Part shown: in pieces, positions 15,072-27,000 of the stretch
Numbering within the stretch: the first letter of the stretch is position 1
How the letters are laid out: every line of letters begins with the position of its first letter
DNA from: a virus
DNA: 60,913 nucleotides
Virus record (IMG/VR): IMGVR_UViG_3300025706_000005
Strand: one strand, 5' to 3'
Program-made: the position numbers and the translations under genes
The notes under the pieces: generated by a model
Seen by the model: the letters and a program-made list of their open reading frames with translations, nothing else
Databases searched by the model: none
Told to the model about the DNA's origin: nothing

Positions 15072-18000
15072 TTTACCGCCTTCCATTTTTTCACCAGCTC
15101 AACCTGCTTGTGACGGATAAGATGGTCGATATTGTCCAGGGATTTCTGGAGTTTCTTCTTCATTGCCGGGTTGTCCTTCGCCTCTTTATTCAACTCGTTC
15201 TTCATTTTACGAAGCCCGATGATGATGCCGTCCATGCTTCCGGGCACGCTGTCCTTCTGCTCTTCCATGTAAAGGTTCCAGATTGCCATCTGGCCAGGCG
15301 TCGCCCGTCCATTGGCAACCGTCCACGAAATCGTGCCTTCCTTCGACGGGCCGCCCAGGTCCTTGAATACTGTGGTTTTCTCGGTCTTTTCCAGGCCTCC
15401 GCCGATGTTCCAGTAATAGAGCTTTCCGGCCAGGGGGACGGACTGCCAAATATCCCAGTCCGCAATCTTCACGGCCTTTCCGTCTTGGACCGCGCCTACT
15501 GTCCTGGCAACGTCTTTGATTGCGCTCTCAAAAATACGGAATGGCGGAGCAACGATGTGGCTCAAGGCTTCAGCAAGTTCCAGCTTCTCGCCCTGGGGTC
15601 GGAATTGATAAATCTGATACTTGGTGAAGCCAAATAGCTTCAGCAGGTTGTCCACGGCGGTCTGTCCCAGACGCAACGGGCGGCCAGATAAGAAGTCTTT
15701 GATGGTGTCGCTGGTCATACCCAGGGCGATGGCGCCTCCGATGAAGGCCGCCAGCATACCAGCTGCGCGCTTGCGGACAGCCGGGTCCTTGTGCTTCAGC
15801 ATTTTGAAGAGCTGTTTCCGATAATTATTTAACTGCTTTATCGGATATTGCCGGAGCATATAAAGCGTCCTCAAGTTTCCGCCAGTTGAATAAAAAGGCG
15901 GAAGCTCAATCGGGTCAGCTGGGTGGAAGTCAAGTAGGACGTTGAACATGGCCAGCATGGTGTTGTCGGTGAGTTCGCCCTTCTTAAACTCATTCGCTGT
16001 TTGTTCCGCCAGGTCGGCTCCGACGTATTCCGTCAGCTCTGTCACCAGGAGCTTGCGCTGCTTCGGGCTGTTGGCCATGCTCCGATATTTGTAGAAGGCA
16101 GCATTAATCAGGTTGTTCTTCGCAAAGCGGTCGAAGGATGCCAGGCCAGACAGCTTAAAAACTTTTTCCATCGTCTTCGCCAGTTTCGTGGGCTCGGTAA
16201 ATTCGACGGCCAGGTTTTCAATTCCAAAGTCTTTCAGCACGTTGACTTTATTCTTCGACGTGATTGCCTTCAGCCAGTTCCAGGGCCCGGCAAAGCCGAC
16301 GGCAAAGGCCTGGTCCTGAAGCTGAGTGATGGCGCTGTGAATATGGCCCAGAGTTTCGATGTATTCAATGGTTCTGAAGGTGGACCAGAAATTTGTCATG
16401 GCCGTTGGAGAGAAGTAGCTGTTGAGAAGATACTTGGCGCGCGCCTCTGCGTCGCGGGTCAACTGGCCCTTCTCTATTAAGCTGTCCAGAACCTGCCCGA
16501 TGCTCTGCGGAACGTCCAGCTGCTCGTCCTTCAGGACTGCATACTGGCCAAAAAATTTCCGCATTTCAATACTCTCGGTCATTCCGTCGATGTATTTGAG
16601 AAGTGCGATGTCGCTGTGGTCGTAATAGATGTTAAGCTCCGGGCCGATAAATTCCACCATGCGCGCCTCTGTAAATCCGGGCTTCGGAATTTTCAGGCCG
16701 GCGGCATTGTATCCTCGGATTAAGGAGTTAATGAGCTTCCAGCGTTCTTCATTGGTCAGGGGTCGCTGCTTGCTTACCTGCTCCTGAATACGGCCCTGAA
16801 GCTCGTCATTCATGTCTTTGATGCGCTCGTCCAAGGCAGCTCGTTCTTTTGCGATGGATACTTGCAGTTCCTCTTCAGCCTTCTTCTGCTTCTCCTTGAT
16901 GCCGGGGTCCACGGCCTTCATCTGCTGCTGGGCCTGCGGTTCCTGCTGAAGTAGGGCCATGTATTTGGCCTGGAGTTCCGCAATTCTGGCGCCGGTCTTT
17001 TCTGTGATTTCTTTCAGGCGCTTTTCATAGTTTGCTTCCAGCTCCTTGATTTTGGCGTCGGCCTTCTCCCGCATGGCCTTTTCTTTTTCGGTGACGGCCT
17101 CCCGGATAACTGGATCGGCGTCGCCGTAGATATACTGCATGAAGCCTTCAAGGTCGCTGGTGGACCTGGGGGCATAAACATTCTGCCAGCCCATGTCAAA
17201 GCCGGCGCGCTTCGCCTCTGTGTAGATGCGGTCCAGGGCCGCGCGCTTCATGGCGTATTCGGCTTCCATGCCGTATTTCTTATTGAACCTCTCGATTTCC
17301 TTGTCCCAGCCATTCTTCTCCGCCAAGTCGTAGCTGGCCTTGTCCAGCTCATTCATGGCGCGCTTCTTTTGAAGGAACGGAATAACCATCATCCTCATTT
17401 CATTCCTGAAGCGCACTTTGTCCCGGACATATCGGCGCAAAGATACCCGTAAATCCGGGGCGATATTGAGGAGCTGGTCGCTGATGGGCACCACGGCCTT
17501 CTGCAAGAAAGTTCCTTCCTGCTTAATCTGCCGCAAGGCGCGCAATTTCTCCGGCTTCTTTTTCGCCTTCAGGCCCTTCATCTTCTCAAGGTTCTGCTTG
17601 TAGAGAAGGTCCAGGGCTTCGGGTTCGTCCTGTCCGATTGGCTGGCTGCCCATCATCCGGGCCTCGGCCTCGGAAAGCGAATATCTTACGTCGTGCTGTC
17701 CAGGAACGTCAGGCAGTTCCGCCCATAAGTCTGCCGCGTCAGCAGGCTGAAGGCTGAATTGCTCTCCGGCCTCTCGCCATTTCAGAACGTCAGATTTTTT
17801 GATGGTCTTGCCGGCGTAGAAATTGTCGATGTCGGCCATGATAACCGATGTCGGCGTTCCGTCAGGATATTCGTATTCAAAGACGCGCAACGGGCGCTCA
17901 TAATATCCGCTGGTGTTTAAGTCGCCCAGGCCTTCCCATAAGTCGATGACGATTTCTCCATTCTTCCCGCTGATGTATTGCTCCAGGGCCCTTCTCTGCT

Positions 18001-21000
18001 GCGGGTTCGGAGCCGTCACCATGTCCAGGGTTCCGCTGTTGTAGTCCATGCGGATATTCCCGGCAGCCATAAACTCTCTCATGCCGGCTGTTCCGCCAGG
18101 CATTTCTTCGTCGGCCTGCCCGATATCCCGGTGGTCCATCTGTCTCAGGCCGGCGCTGCCGCCGAATTTCTTACCAGAGAAGTCCAGGTATGAGCCTTTG
18201 GAATTGATGTAGCCGGCTTCTCTCAAGTCTGAAGTCGTGCCGAAATACCTGGTGACTTTCGCCGTTAGCCTGTCGGCGTCCGTCTTCTCGTATTTCCCGT
18301 GGCCCAGGGCGTATCTGATGGCTTCTGCGTGGTCGCCAGTCAGATCGCTCTTGAAGTTGGAAATAGCTCTCTTCGCGTCGTCCGGGCCTCTCCAGTCGTA
18401 TCCCAGGCGCTTCATGTAGGAATTGACCTTCGCCCATTGAGAGCGACGAATACTGTCAGGGGAGTAGATGGTGACGCTGCCGTCGTCGTGGAAATTAACC
18501 ATCGGCTTCATGGCCTCGCCTTCTCCGGCAACGGAGAATTGAGGCAAGGCCATGTTTTCTATTTCTATGGCGTCTGCTTCGCTCGGGGCAATCATGCCCA
18601 GGTCCCAGCCGTCTTCCGGCAGATATTCCCGGACTGGCACCCAGTCGTAGCCAAGCTGCCTGGCCGCTTCCCAGCGGTGGTGTCCGTCCACGATATAAAG
18701 GCCATCGGCGTCGCGCTCAACAATGATGGGCGGCAAGTCGATTTCTCCGGCTTTGATTATGTCCTTCATCTTCTCGACTTTGGCCCGTTCCTTCATGTCC
18801 TCGGTCGGCATGAGTTCGGAAGTCTTCGCCAGAACCATGTCCAGGAGCTTTCCGCCTTCGCTTACCACGTTCTTGTAGTCCGGGCTTGGCTTGGCGTCGC
18901 CGGTCCACGGCAGGCGGCTGTCGGGCACGCTGCCGGCTGGCTGGGTTGTGGTCTTCGGCTGGTCCGGCAGAGCCTGGACCTTCCTTGTTTCAATACTGAA
19001 CATGGGCAGGCCCAGCTCGGCAGCCTGCTTCATGGGTTCGGTAATGCGGATTGCCCAGACCTTTGTTTTCCGGCCCTGGTCGTCTTCGATTTCCCAGGTT
19101 TCAATCTGGCCGGCAGCCGGGTCCAGGGCCTTCGCTGCGCGCTGCATGGCGCGCGCGAAATTGAGACTGGATTTCCCTTCCGGGTCATAAAAGGAAGCCA
19201 TGCCCTCGCCGCCGATTTTCAGGTTCTCGGTCAGGACGTAGGCGTTCCCATTCGGATAGACGTTCTCGCGCTCGATAAGGCGCCTGGCAACGTCCTTTCC
19301 GACGTATTCAGCGATCTGCGCCTCGTCCTTCATCTTTCCGATGGTCTGGTAGGTTTCCTGGTTCTTTGGAACAAAAGCCAGCTCCTTCGTCTTTGGGTCG
19401 TAGGCAACCTTCTCGACGTAATTTGAGAGCTTGTATCTTTCGGCCTGGGTTTCTCCGGTGGTCCAGGTGACTGCCGGATATTCGTCAGTCGCGGCCTTGA
19501 TGATTGCCAGGCGCGCGGCCAGGTCGTTCCAGTTCTTTCCCCAGGGCGCCCATTCCGGCCTGCCAGAAACCTCCTGCCTATCTCTGGCAGACATTTTTCT
19601 TTCTTCCTCGTTAAATATTTCAACGGCCATCTCTCTGGCAAAGTCAGCGTCTGGAGCATCACCTGGTCCGTCGCCCTCTCTTATATCAACAAAATGCTGC
19701 CCGTCGTTGCTTTCAAAGGCCCAGGCACCATAAGGTCTGCGATCTGTTGGTGGCCTATACGCTTGCAGAGTAATATCTGGAATAGCGTAGGTTTTTTGTG
19801 CCGCGCTCTCCGGCTCAAAATATCCACCTTTCTGGACTGCTGCTTCGTGCCAATCGCTCTGGGCTTCGTCGATATGCAGGACACTTCCCAGGCCAGAGTC
19901 CGGGCTCCGGCGCGCCAGGTATTCTCCTACACGGAGCCGGAGAACCTGGTTAATGTCGGCTTCGTCGCCGTAAGCGTGGCCTACCGGGGTCCGATAGCGA
20001 AGTCCTATTTTCTCCTGCGGAATTGTCAGCAGGATTTCAGTATGGTTCTGGCCGCCTCGCAAAACGTAGTCTGATTTTCCCCACTTTGATTTTCCAGTTG
20101 CCGGTTCGATGCGATAATACTTTTCAAATTCATAGAAGTTTTGTTCGTTGGCGTATTCCTTTGCCGCGTCCATCGTGTCAAAGGCTTTGTCTTCTTCAAG
20201 ATACTGGGTCTGAAATTTTCCGTAATACGGGTCTTTGTAAATCAATATATTCGTTCCGTCAAATTTCTTGGCCTTGACGGCCTTGACCATGTTGTCGCCA
20301 CGCCTTGCGTGCGGAAAATTGATGGATAGTTCTATCTCTTTTTCGTCACCCCATTCCAGCTTTGTCGGAGCCTTTGCGCGCTGGATGACTTGGCGCTGGG
20401 CCATCGTCATTGTATTTTCCAGCGTCGTCCCGGTATAGATAACGGCGTTTTCTTCTGGTCCTGGATTGACCTCTTCAAGATGCCAGTAATTCGGACCTGA
20501 AGACCTGATGTGATACCTCAAGCCATCGTCCGCTTTTGTTTCGTAATAGGTGTCGCCGGTTGCTGTTTTGCGTTCCAGCCATACCAGCTTCTTTGCATAG
20601 GTTGGCTTCCTGGGCTCTGGTTTTGGCTGACCGCCAGGGGCAAGCGGCCCCTTGTATATCGGCTTCAGCTCGATGGCCTTCTGTTTGATGGCGCTTATTA
20701 GCTCGTCTTTGGTAATGGTCTGGCCTGGAGCCTGTTCGTCCAGCCATTTCAGGATGCCGGTTTCCTTCAGCTCGTCGGCTTTTGTGCCGCGTCCGCTGGA
20801 GGGGTCCAGATATTTCCGCCATTGTGCTGCCGGCGCAGCCTTCATCTTGGCTTCGCTGACGACTTTCTCCAGGTTGGAGTAAAGCCCTGTTTCCTGAACC
20901 TGATACGGAAGACCAGGTATCTGCGCCTGGCCAATTTCACCTGCCTGCGCCTGACCGGACAGGAAAATGTTGTTAGTCCGCTTCAGCTCTTCCACGGATC

Positions 21001-24000
21001 GACGGAGTTGCCCGACAACCGCTTCCCGGTAGTCCTTTAGGTGTTGCAGTTTCTCCAGGCGCCTGGCCTCATTCATCTTCCCGATGGTGGTCTTCTTTCC
21101 ACGGAATACTGTCGGGGTATTGTTCGGCTCATACCGGAGCTTGGCGGTTTCGCGGATTTGCTTGTCCAGGATGTTGATGGCGTCGAAAAGGTCATTGGCC
21201 GTCATGCCTTCGGTTCCGGGGACAGGGGGCGTCGTAGCAGGCGCCATGCTCATGGCCGGGCCTTCCGGCAGCTCTTCTGTTCTGGCGTCGATAACCAGGG
21301 CCGGCAGGCTCTTCTTGCCTAATACGGCCAATGCCGCAAGGCGGTGGCCGCCTTCCAGAATGTAGTAGCCTTCATTGTCCAGGACGGCAATCAAAGGCTT
21401 TATCTGTCCGCTGGCCTTTATGCGCTGCGCCAGCTCTTCGGACCATTCAATATCGTCCTTCGTGACATAAAGGTCCCTGGGCTTGGTCACGTTGAATTGG
21501 TCTAATCCTATTTCCCGGATGCCCGGAAGCTCCTCGTATTCGCCTTCGTTGAAGGTGGCGCTGATGCTGCTGGTGTTCGGTATGTCGTCCAGGACCTCCA
21601 GACCAGATACCACGGCGCCGGCTCTGGGCGGCTCTTCAAAAAGGCCCAGGCGTTTCTTCGCGGCCTCTACTGTCTCGCCTTCCTTCATCATCCAATGCGG
21701 ACTGTCTTTCCCGCCTTTGAACAGGACGTATGAAAAGAGCCGGTCGGCCTCGTTCTCGCCGTAGTTCTCGATTATCTTTGCTCCGTCGTAGCCCAGAGCC
21801 TCCAGGACCTGCGGGTCCATCGTCGCCCAGTCCACGTTCCGCTTGCCGTCCTCGCCTTTTGGCGCCATAAAATCGAAGTGCTGGAAGGTGAAGGTTTCTT
21901 CATCGCCGTCCACGTTCTTGTATTTCTTCCCGACGAAAGCCTGGAGCTTCTTGATGTCTTTCTGGCTCGTCGTGTCAAAGATGTTCCTGGTATCCACCAG
22001 GAATGAGTGAACGGCGCCGGCTCCGCCTGGGGCGTGCCCGGCAAAAGTCCTGGCGAATTGCGGTTCCGGGGTGAAGAATATTCCGCCGTAATCCTGGCCT
22101 TTTCCCAGGTTCTCTTCCGTGACCTGGCCGGCAACCCGTCCTCCCAGGACCAGCTTTTCTCCGATAATTTTCTCGGAGCCTCCATGATAGAGCCGGAGAT
22201 ACCTTTGCTGGGCCGGCTTCGGCGCTGCCGGCGCTATGCTCATTTGCGGAGCCTCGGCTTTTCTGGCCTTTGCGATGTCGCGCGCAATGGCTATTTCTGC
22301 TCCGGCTTCGTCGATGTAAACGTGGCCGGCAGGCAGGCCCTTGCTGTTCATATAGGTAATGCGCCAGCGGACGCCGCCGTTGTTGGCCAGCTCTGTGGAG
22401 TTGGCCCTGGAAAGGAAGCTGCCGTCCTGGAAGACATAAGAAGACCGCTTCGCCAGGACCTCCTTCGCCGTAGGCAACTGCATCTGGATTGTGGCTCTGA
22501 TGCGCTCCGGGGCGTCCGGGTCAAAGTTCTCCAGGTCCGCCGGCAATTCAGGGATTTGCTGTTTCCCGATTTCTTCAAGAAACTTATCCTGCTCGGCTTT
22601 GCTAAAGAGCTTCATCTGGGCTGCTGCCGCGCGCTCGGCTTCGTTGTCGTTGAAAAGGGGAAGGTCCTCGGCGCCACGGGCCTGGGCCGCTTCTTTCTCG
22701 GCCTTCTCCCGCTTATATTGCTCGATGGCCTGTCGCTCCGGGTTCACGGCCTGGCCAAAAAGGTCGGTCGCGGCAAGGGCGGTGCGGCGGTCCCAGGGCA
22801 ATTTTTTTTCTGGCTCTGCTTTTTCGGAAGTTGCAACACCTGTTATTTCAAAAGCCTTTTCTTGGGTTATTGGCCTGGCCATTCTGAAAGACTTTGAAAC
22901 ATGGAAGTATTTTCCACCAGGAGTTCTTATTACGCCTTCCTTCGCGTTGTCATTAATCCGCATGGCTGCGCTTTTAAATTCTTCGCCAGAAGTAGGTTTT
23001 TCAATGACTACTTCTTTTCCGTTGTAAATTGCGACGTGATGTTTTTTAATCGCTTTCGTGGTTGGTGTTTTTTGCTTCAGAAACTCCGGCGCCTCTTTCT
23101 CTTCGGACCAGGGCTTCTTGTTCGCAATCTCGTAGGTAAGCCCGGCCATAATCGGCTTCCCGGTCACGGCGTCTTTGGCTCCGCTTGGTGCGGGAACGGC
23201 ATGAGATACCCAGGCCAGGATGGTAGGCTTCTTCAGGCTCTTCACGGCCAGGAGTCGTCGGTGGCCATCTACCAGGCTCAACCTTCCGTCTTCCATTTCC
23301 GTGATTTCAACCGGGGGATATTGCTTCCCCTCCTTCATCCATTGAGCATACCTTTCGTCGTCGCCCCTCTTCACGGGGTCCAGGCGTCCTTCCCGGTCCA
23401 GCTCTGGCGCCAGAACGTCGGACACCTTGACCTCCATTAAGTGATCGATGGGATGGCCGTAAAGACTATTCAGCTTATCGTCGATGCGCCAGCTGCCTAC
23501 TGGCGGAACATCGATTTCAACCGGCGTCGTGCGGCTACTGGCGCCTTCGGCGTATGGAGCATAGAGCTTCCGCCGGTATTCGCTTGCCAGAATGTAGGCG
23601 CCTTTGTCAGCAGGCGGCTTCATTTCTGGGGCCAGCTCTTCAGCTGCCTTTGGAGCTTCAGGTATGGGTGCCGCGAACAAATCCATCTGGCCGGGTTTGG
23701 CTGACAACATGGTTTCTTTTCCTGGCCGATACTTGCCCTGGGCAACAATGCTTTCGTCGTTGAAGACAGCCAGGGCGTCGCCAGGATGGTCGTTCACGAT
23801 GTAGCTGTCGAATCCCTGCTGCTTTATCATGTCGATTACAGACGGCTTCTCCAGTATTTCCCAGTCGCCAGCCTTCGCTTCTTCGGTCCACCAGCTTTCC
23901 CAGTCAGCCTCTTTCTTCAGGGCTGCCTGGAGGCGCTTCTGATGCGTCGGGTTGTGATAGTCGAAGACGTTTTTGACGTTGACCTTTGCGGTTGTTATCC

Positions 24001-27000
24001 TGGGCCCGTATTGCTCGGCCAGGGCCGGCTCTCTGTGGAAATAGAGGGCTCCGCCTGCTCTGTCGCCCATGCCGGTCTGGAGCTGCGGATACCATTGCTT
24101 CGCCCCGTGGTAGAGAGGAACATTGTTCCAGGTGTCAGCCAGTCTTTTCGGGGCCACGCTGAAGGCTCGGCCCGTGGGCCTGGTTCCGGCCATTTCCGCG
24201 CGCGCCATCGCCGCCTTCTGCATTTCAAAGGTGCCTTCCCAGCTGGGTCCTCGCTGCCGCAAGACGGCAACAATGTCTTTGATGGCTTCGTCGATAAAGC
24301 GTTTGCGGTCCAGAGGCTTTCCGTTCCGCCCGATAAGGTTTTTGATTTTTGCGAAAAGCTGGTTCAAAAGCTGTCTGAAATAATGCAGCAGTCTTCCGGG
24401 GATGCCGGAAACAATCTGCTCCTTCCAGACGCGCTCCAGCTGGCGCGCCGCCCATTCGCTTCGGAGATATTTGTAGGCGGCTGCCTCACCGAAACCTTCT
24501 TTTCTCTGCTTCCAGGTCTGGTAGTAGTCCGGGAAGGCTCCGTATCGCGCGCGAAATTCTTTCCATTCCTTCTCTTCTTCGTAGCCGGCGCCATGTTTCT
24601 CCGCAATCCGTCGCCATTCCTGGTTGTAGTTGGCTTTGGCCCATTCCCATTCAGAACGGAAAAGGTCGTCCACCTGCTTCCTGATGCCAGGGTTTAAGGC
24701 CAGAACGATGTCGATGCCCAGGTGTCCTACTAGCTCATGCGCCAGAACATACTCCAGGCGCTCCGGGCCCAGGTTCGCGTTTATCCAGAGAAGTGAGTGC
24801 CCGACGCCTCCATGTCCACGGATAACAAAGCCCTCAATCATTCCTTCGCGCGCAACCGGAAGCTCCGCCGTCAGCGGTGCGTCTTCAGACACCACCAACT
24901 TTACCTTGTCCATTAGCTTTGCCATCTTCATCTTGGCGATGACTTTGGCATTGATTTCATCCAGGACCATCTTGTTGGTCAGGAGCTGCTTCGGAGTGGG
25001 ACGGCCCAGGGAAAACGGAAGTTCGCCGGTGTCGGCGTTGGGGTCGTAATCCAGGTTGCTGTCGTCGTATTCAGAACGCGGCGGCTCCGGTATTTGTCCG
25101 TTCTCGCCTGTCTCTGCTTCGTTCTGTATTTGGGCGTCCTTTTCCTTCTGCTCTGCCGGCGTCTGGGTGTCGATTTCTTCAGGAGTATCCAGGTCCACGT
25201 TCTTGCCAGGCGTCAGGTCTTCGGATACGGCCTCCTGCATGGTGTCTTCGTTGGCGTTCCTGGCTTCCTGGGGCTCGTTGGCAGCCAGGTTGCCCTGTTC
25301 CTCCTGAACAGCAGTCATGTAGTTGATATATTCCTGCTCGTCCTTCAGAGATTTCCTGGCCTGCTCCTCAACTGATTTCCAGAGCTGTGGCTTCGTCCGG
25401 TGCTTTCCGTCTTGATACCAATTGATTGCCGTGAGTATGGCCTCGCCGTGGCTCTGGGGCTCCTGGTATTCGGTTTCCTGCTCTTCCATATCAAAAGCCC
25501 GTTCCGTGGTTCCGGTAATGGCTTCTGATAAAACGCCAGGAAGGTCTGTGTCGATGGCTGGCTTGCGGTAGCCGTTAGGGCCAAGTATTCGCCCGTCTTT
25601 CTCCAGGATATCATTGTCGGTCATTCTGAAGAATTGTTTGATACGGGCCTTGCCCTTTGTCGCCCATTCCTCTCCGAAATAGGCTTTCATGCTCATGTAA
25701 GGTTCAAGGGTGGCCGGGTCTGTTGACCGCATTAAATCCAGCACGCTGTCGTTGAGATTAAACTCGGCCAGCTCTTTCTCGTAAATCCTCGCTCCGGCTT
25801 CAAAGATGTCTTGCCCGGTGTGCATATCAGCGCCGTAGGAAATGATGTATCGGCCAGGCCTCATGCCCATTTTCTGCATGCCGTAATTCTCAAGCTCCCG
25901 GCGCGCCTTGCGGACGGCCTGGTCATCAATTCTGAAGGTAATGGCCCTGGCGGCTTTAATGGCCTCATTCAGCTTGTTGGGGTCGCCCTGGTAGGTCTTC
26001 CAGTCCAGGACCAGCTTCTTCATGGCCGCATATTCCGGGACCTGGGCCGCGCGTATCCTGATGAATTTTGGATTGCCGGCCAGCTCGTATCCGCCTTCGT
26101 TCAGCTGTTCCCGGCTGATTAAGTGGGTCACAACCTCCGGCGGCTGATAGTCCGGCTTCTTAATGGGGTCATATCCGCGCTCACTCAACGGCAGATCGCG
26201 GCGCCCTGTCTTTGCCCAGGTTAAAAAACTGGCCATGTCCGGGAAGACGTAGTGCCCTTTGGCCAGCCTGATGTCGCGCTTCCCGCCTTTTTTGATTACG
26301 GCTGCGGTGTTCCTGGTGTATGCTTCCAGGGCCTCTTCCGGGCTCTTCCAGCCAATCATCGCAACGTGCTTGTCCAATCCTCCGTCTTCCATGAGACTGC
26401 GCTGGTTCACCACGACAACCGGGGCGTTCTTGGCCGGCGCCTGGTCATTGGTGTAGGCCCAGAGCTGCGGGTGGTCCGGCGCTTCCGTGTCAGGCAGTTT
26501 GCCGTAGGGGTTCTCGGTGACAAGCTGAACAGTCTGCTTTTTGCCTGATTTTTGGATGGTTCTAAAATCTCCGGGATTGCTGGTGACTTCGATTTTTACG
26601 CCGGCGATGGTCTTTGTCCTGGCGGCAATGGCTCTTTGCTCGGCCTCTTTGGCCTTTCTGTTCGCTTCCGCAACAATGGCTTCGGATTTCTTCTTGCCGG
26701 CTTCCGTGGTCGCGGTCATGTCCGGGTATTCCCGGAGAACGGACAGCGGAACATCCTTGCCAGCGTCCAGGGCCGCCTGAACGATGGCCCGGTGAGTAAA
26801 GCGGTCGTCCCTGGCTTTCTTGGCCTGGCTGATGGCCTTTGCATCCTTCGGGACAGAGGCTTCGTATTCAGCCTTCCAGGTGTCGGCCAGCTCCTTGCCG
26901 CGCGCCTCCTGGCCAAAAGGATTGAAGAGCATGGGATTGCCACGATACTGGCGCTCTACTGCGACAAATTGCTTGAACGGCTGGGCCCAGGGCACAAGGT

